From Hyphomonas sp. (GTDB lineage Bacteria > Pseudomonadota > Alphaproteobacteria > Caulobacterales > Hyphomonadaceae), in assembly GCA_046296675.1 (NCBI GenBank), contig JBKBLD010000013.1, positions 1,316-65,315 on the forward strand: a stretch of 64,000 bases of DNA. Direction: 5' to 3'. The position numbers and the translations under genes are program-made. Shown one piece after another: positions 61,139-64,000 of the stretch (position 1 is the stretch's first letter; each line of letters opens with the position of its first letter). Under the pieces are notes generated by a model that was not told the DNA's origin, ran no database searches, and saw nothing but the letters and a program-made list of their open reading frames with translations.

Positions 61139-61309
61139 TTACTCTTCAGCGTCAACAGGGGCCTCTTCCTCCGGCTCCGGCGGCGGTTCCGAATGATCCG
61201 GAAGAGACAGGCCGCGAACTTCCGGCTTCATGCTGAACGGATCGGTGTGGCAGGCGGCAGCGGCCGTCAGCAGCAGCAACGGCAATAAGAGGCGGGCGGT
61301 TTTCAACAT
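61139..61309 (-). CDS. Very small putative lipoprotein
   Basis: GAGGAG SD; MLKTARLLLPLLLLTAAAAC lipobox; acidic Pro-rich tail. Confidence 0.6.
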   Translation of the reverse strand: MLKTARLLLPLLLLTAAAACHTDPFSMKPEVRGLSLPDHSEPPPEPEEEAPVDAEE

Positions 61310-61341
61310 GCGGGATCTCCTCAAAAAGCGCCCGCCGGGAA

Positions 61342-61971
61342 TCAGCGGGCCGGTTCAAGCCAGGGGGTCGCGAGCCGGCGCTGGTCTTCGAACCTGTCGA
61401 TCGCTGCCGCGGCGGTGAGCGAGGCGCCGATCTCGTCGAGGCCAGCGATCAGATTGGCCTTCCGGCCGGGGTCCACATCGAACTTATGCACTTCCCCGGA
61501 CGGCGTCGTCACCGTCTGCATTTCAAGATCTATCGAGAAGACATGGTTCGGGCCGCCCGCTTCGGCTGCCAGCTGGTCACAGACATCGGCCGGCAGGCGC
61601 ACGGGCAGGATGCCGTTCTTGTAGCAGTTGTTGTGGAAGATATCAGCAAAGGAGGGCGCGATGATGCAGGTGATGCCCTGATCGAGCAGCGCCCATGGGG
61701 CATGTTCACGCGACGAGCCGCAACCGAAATTATCGCCCGCGATCAGGATGCTGGCCTTGGCATATTGTGGCTTGTTGAGCACGAAATCCGGGTCATCAGA
61801 GCCATCCGCCTTCGTCTTGAGCTCATAGAACAGGCCCTTTGCGAGCCCGGTGCGCTCGGTCGTCTTCAGGAACTGTTTGGGGATGATCATGTCGGTGTCG
61901 ACATTGGACATGGCCTTGCCCTTGTCCATCAGCGGGGCGGCGGTTCCATCAAGGCGGGTGAACGGTTTCAT
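61342..61971 (-). CDS. leuD: 3-isopropylmalate dehydratase small subunit
   Basis: [32 protein letters not shown]. Confidence 0.97.
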   Translation of the reverse strand: MKPFTRLDGTAAPLMDKGKAMSNVDTDMIIPKQFLKTTERTGLAKGLFYELKTKADGSDDPDFVLNKPQYAKASILIAGDNFGCGSSREHAPWALLDQGITCIIAPSFADIFHNNCYKNGILPVRLPADVCDQLAAEAGGPNHVFSIDLEMQTVTTPSGEVHKFDVDPGRKANLIAGLDEIGASLTAAAAIDRFEDQRRLATPWLEPAR

Positions 61972-61980
61972 GGGGCGCTT

Positions 61981-62829
61981 TTAGCCCGGCTCATGCGCGA
62001 TGAACAGGGTCGGCACGTTCATAGTACCGTTGCGGATTGTGAAGACGCGGCTACCGGGCTTGCGGCCCCCCCGCACTTCGGAGACGTCGAACCCGGCCGC
62101 GCTGAGGCGGGCATGGGCGGCTTCGATGTCTTTGACGGCCCAGGTGAGGCCCCAGAATGTGTCCGGACGGCTGGGATCTTCGGCCTCTGACAGGCGGCGG
62201 GCGATTTCGATCGTCAGGCCGCCCGTGCGGAAGAAGATGAGGCGGACGCCCCAGTCCGGGTTCGTGCGGTCGAGCGCCAGGCGCAGGCCGAGCTTGGCGC
62301 CGTAGAGGACAAGGGCGCGGTCGGGCGCGGCGGTGTTGATGACGGCATGGTCGAGGCTGTGGACAACGCCAGCGGGCACTTGATGCGGAGACAATGTGCC
62401 CTCCCCCGACTGAAGGACAAACACCTTAATGCCGCCGGTCATGTCATCCGGAATACGGAAGCTCTGCCAATCGCGCAAATCGCCAAAGGGAATGTTTCGG
62501 GACTCGCTGTGAGCGATTTCACTCGGCTTAAGGCCGCGGCGAGTGAAGGTGTGGTGATCGGCGGCAAGATCGTCGCTGGCAAAAGCGAGTGTGGTGAGGC
62601 CGGGGCCGTTTGCTTCGATCAGTTCGCCGAGGCGGCTTGCGAGCGGGCCCTCCCCCGCCGGGGCGAGGAGTTCGAGCGATGTGTTGCCGAGCCGGAACAG
62701 GGCAGAGGCGCCGCCGCCTTCGACCGGCGCGCGCCAGTCCGCCTTGCGCCCCAGGAGCTTTTCATAAACGGCCACGCCGGACGTAATTTCCGGGCAGATG
62801 AGAACGAGATGGTCGAGCCCCGTGATCAT
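61981..62829 (-). CDS. VOC/glyoxalase-family two-domain protein
   Basis: Two repeats of LDH(L/A)V...LG; overlaps the GST stop codon. Confidence 0.85.
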   Translation of the reverse strand: MITGLDHLVLICPEITSGVAVYEKLLGRKADWRAPVEGGGASALFRLGNTSLELLAPAGEGPLASRLGELIEANGPGLTTLAFASDDLAADHHTFTRRGLKPSEIAHSESRNIPFGDLRDWQSFRIPDDMTGGIKVFVLQSGEGTLSPHQVPAGVVHSLDHAVINTAAPDRALVLYGAKLGLRLALDRTNPDWGVRLIFFRTGGLTIEIARRLSEAEDPSRPDTFWGLTWAVKDIEAAHARLSAAGFDVSEVRGGRKPGSRVFTIRNGTMNVPTLFIAHEPG

Positions 62830-63464
62830 GCGAGCTTCACGCTCGATTGCGGCAGGCAGTCCATCGGCCCGCGAAAACCCGGCATGGCCTCGACCCGTGC
62901 CATCCATTTGCGGACATTGCCGAAGGGCTGGAGATCAATCTGCGCCTGGCCGGCATAGGTGACAATGCCGTAGAGATCGAGGTCAGCAATCGTGGCGCCG
63001 CCGCCGACGAGCCAGCCGCTGGTGCCGATGAGGCCGTCGAGTTCTTTCAACGCGCCAGTGGCCGCCTGAACGTTCGCTTCCGCGACCTGGTCGGGGAATT
63101 TGAAAAAGCCGAGTTTGAGGGCGCGGGTGCGGTAGATGCCGGTGGTGAGTTGGCCGGCGCCCCAGAGCTGCCATTCGCGGGCGCGCAGGCGGTCGGCGCG
63201 GTCACGCCCGCCGAACTGGCCGGTTTCATCGGCGAGATAGTCGAGGATGACCGAGGACTGGCAAAGGCAGATATCGGTCTGGTGATCCTCCAGCACCGGC
63301 ACCTGGCCATAGCGGTTCTTGGCGAGGAAGGCGTCAGCCTTGTGGGCGCCGGCGCGCAGGTCGACATGTTCGTAATCATGCGGCGTATTCGTCAGGCGCA
63401 GCATGAGGCTGACCTTGTAGGTCGGGCCCGAGGGCCACATTCCGTGGAGCGTGAAGCGGGGCAT
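62826..63464 (-). CDS. Glutathione S-transferase family protein
   Basis: SGPTYKV, GQVPVL, LCQSS.IL.YL, TIADL. Confidence 0.92.
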   Translation of the reverse strand: MPRFTLHGMWPSGPTYKVSLMLRLTNTPHDYEHVDLRAGAHKADAFLAKNRYGQVPVLEDHQTDICLCQSSVILDYLADETGQFGGRDRADRLRAREWQLWGAGQLTTGIYRTRALKLGFFKFPDQVAEANVQAATGALKELDGLIGTSGWLVGGGATIADLDLYGIVTYAGQAQIDLQPFGNVRKWMARVEAMPGFRGPMDCLPQSSVKLA

Positions 63465-63560
63465 GGGTTTCCTCTGCGCGTGTTTCCACCGCAGTTATCA
63501 CTATCACTGGGGATCTGACGAGGCCTGCCGCGGGGGCGCTCAGGCGACGGCGCCTGCGCT

Positions 63561-63655
63561 TCGTAGGGCGGATAGAGCGAAGCGAAATCCGCCATCGCGG
63601 ACCCCGGCGCCCGTGCGTGTCGGATTTCGGCCTTTGGCCTCTATCCGACCTACGA
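63561..63655. repeat. REPIN: two inverted GTAG REPs
   Basis: TCGTAGGGCGGATAGAG...GAAATCCGCCA and TGTCGGATTTC...CTCTATCCGACCTACGA; the outer 17 bp match 16/17. Confidence 0.8.
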
Positions 63656-63675
63656 TTTGCGAAGTGACCCGATAC

Positions 63676-64000
63676 TCAGCATTTCGAACAGCCGCCGACG
63701 GATTCCAGCAGCCGCTCATCCTTGTCCGCGCCGGGCAGCGGCGTGGTCAGCAGGCGGTCGCCTACAAAGATGGAGTTGGCGCCCGCTAGGAGGCAGAGGG
63801 CCTGGCCTTCCTGGCTCATGCTTTCGCGGCCCGCAGAGAGACGCACCCAGCTTTTCGGGAAGACGATGCGGCAGACGGCGATGGCGCGGGCGAGCTCCAG
63901 CGTATCGAGTTCTTCGCTGCCGCCCAGCGGCGTGCCGGCGATGGGAACGAGCTTGTTGACGGGCACGCTTTCCGGATGCGGCGCCAGCAGGGAGAGTTCA
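63676..64000 (-). CDS. bioB: Biotin synthase, C-terminal part
   Basis: ESVPVNKLVPIAGTP, VRLSAGR, AGANSIFVGDRLLTT; gene begins beyond the window. Confidence 0.93.
   Translation of the reverse strand, partial: ELSLLAPHPESVPVNKLVPIAGTPLGGSEELDTLELARAIAVCRIVFPKSWVRLSAGRESMSQEGQALCLLAGANSIFVGDRLLTTPLPGADKDERLLESVGGCSKC

Noticed and set aside
1-64000. CRISPR array, rRNA, IS or transposase, RAYT gene
   Set aside because: No regularly spaced repeats, rRNA signatures or transposase motifs seen by eye; very degenerate remnants cannot be excluded.

Overview
A GC-rich (roughly 65-70% by eye) core-chromosome window of an alphaproteobacterium. Gene content and order suggest Hyphomonas/Hyphomonadaceae; this is inferred, not a database result. 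Most of it is housekeeping genes: htpX(3' end)-rsmB-lipoprotein-rpe-heparinase-like-purH; truB/rbfA/infB/ylxR/nusA/rimP; trmB-XRE-lnt-corC-ybeY-phoH-miaB; a lipid/acyl-CoA cluster; gltBD; uppP; bolA; aroKB; xerD; a Chloroflexus-like malyl-CoA lyase; a fragmented his operon; asd; leuB; leuD; and bioB (partial). I saw no tRNA, rRNA, CRISPR array, prophage or transposase. The most unusual structure is two low-GC single-gene islands with a shared architecture. One encodes a Zn-ribbon plus DUF3800/RNase H-like protein after purH; the other encodes a membrane protein with a Cys-containing LysM-like domain after hisA. Each follows a core gene whose last ~20 codons switch abruptly from C-ending to G/T-ending synonymous codons, and each is closed on its right by a minus-strand GTAG-type REP hairpin. 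A complete REPIN of the same GTAG class lies near the window end. Several genes (hisB, hisF, hisE, xerD, miaB, leuD, a J-domain gene) look leaderless with their own promoters, which may explain how the his and leu operons tolerate insertions.
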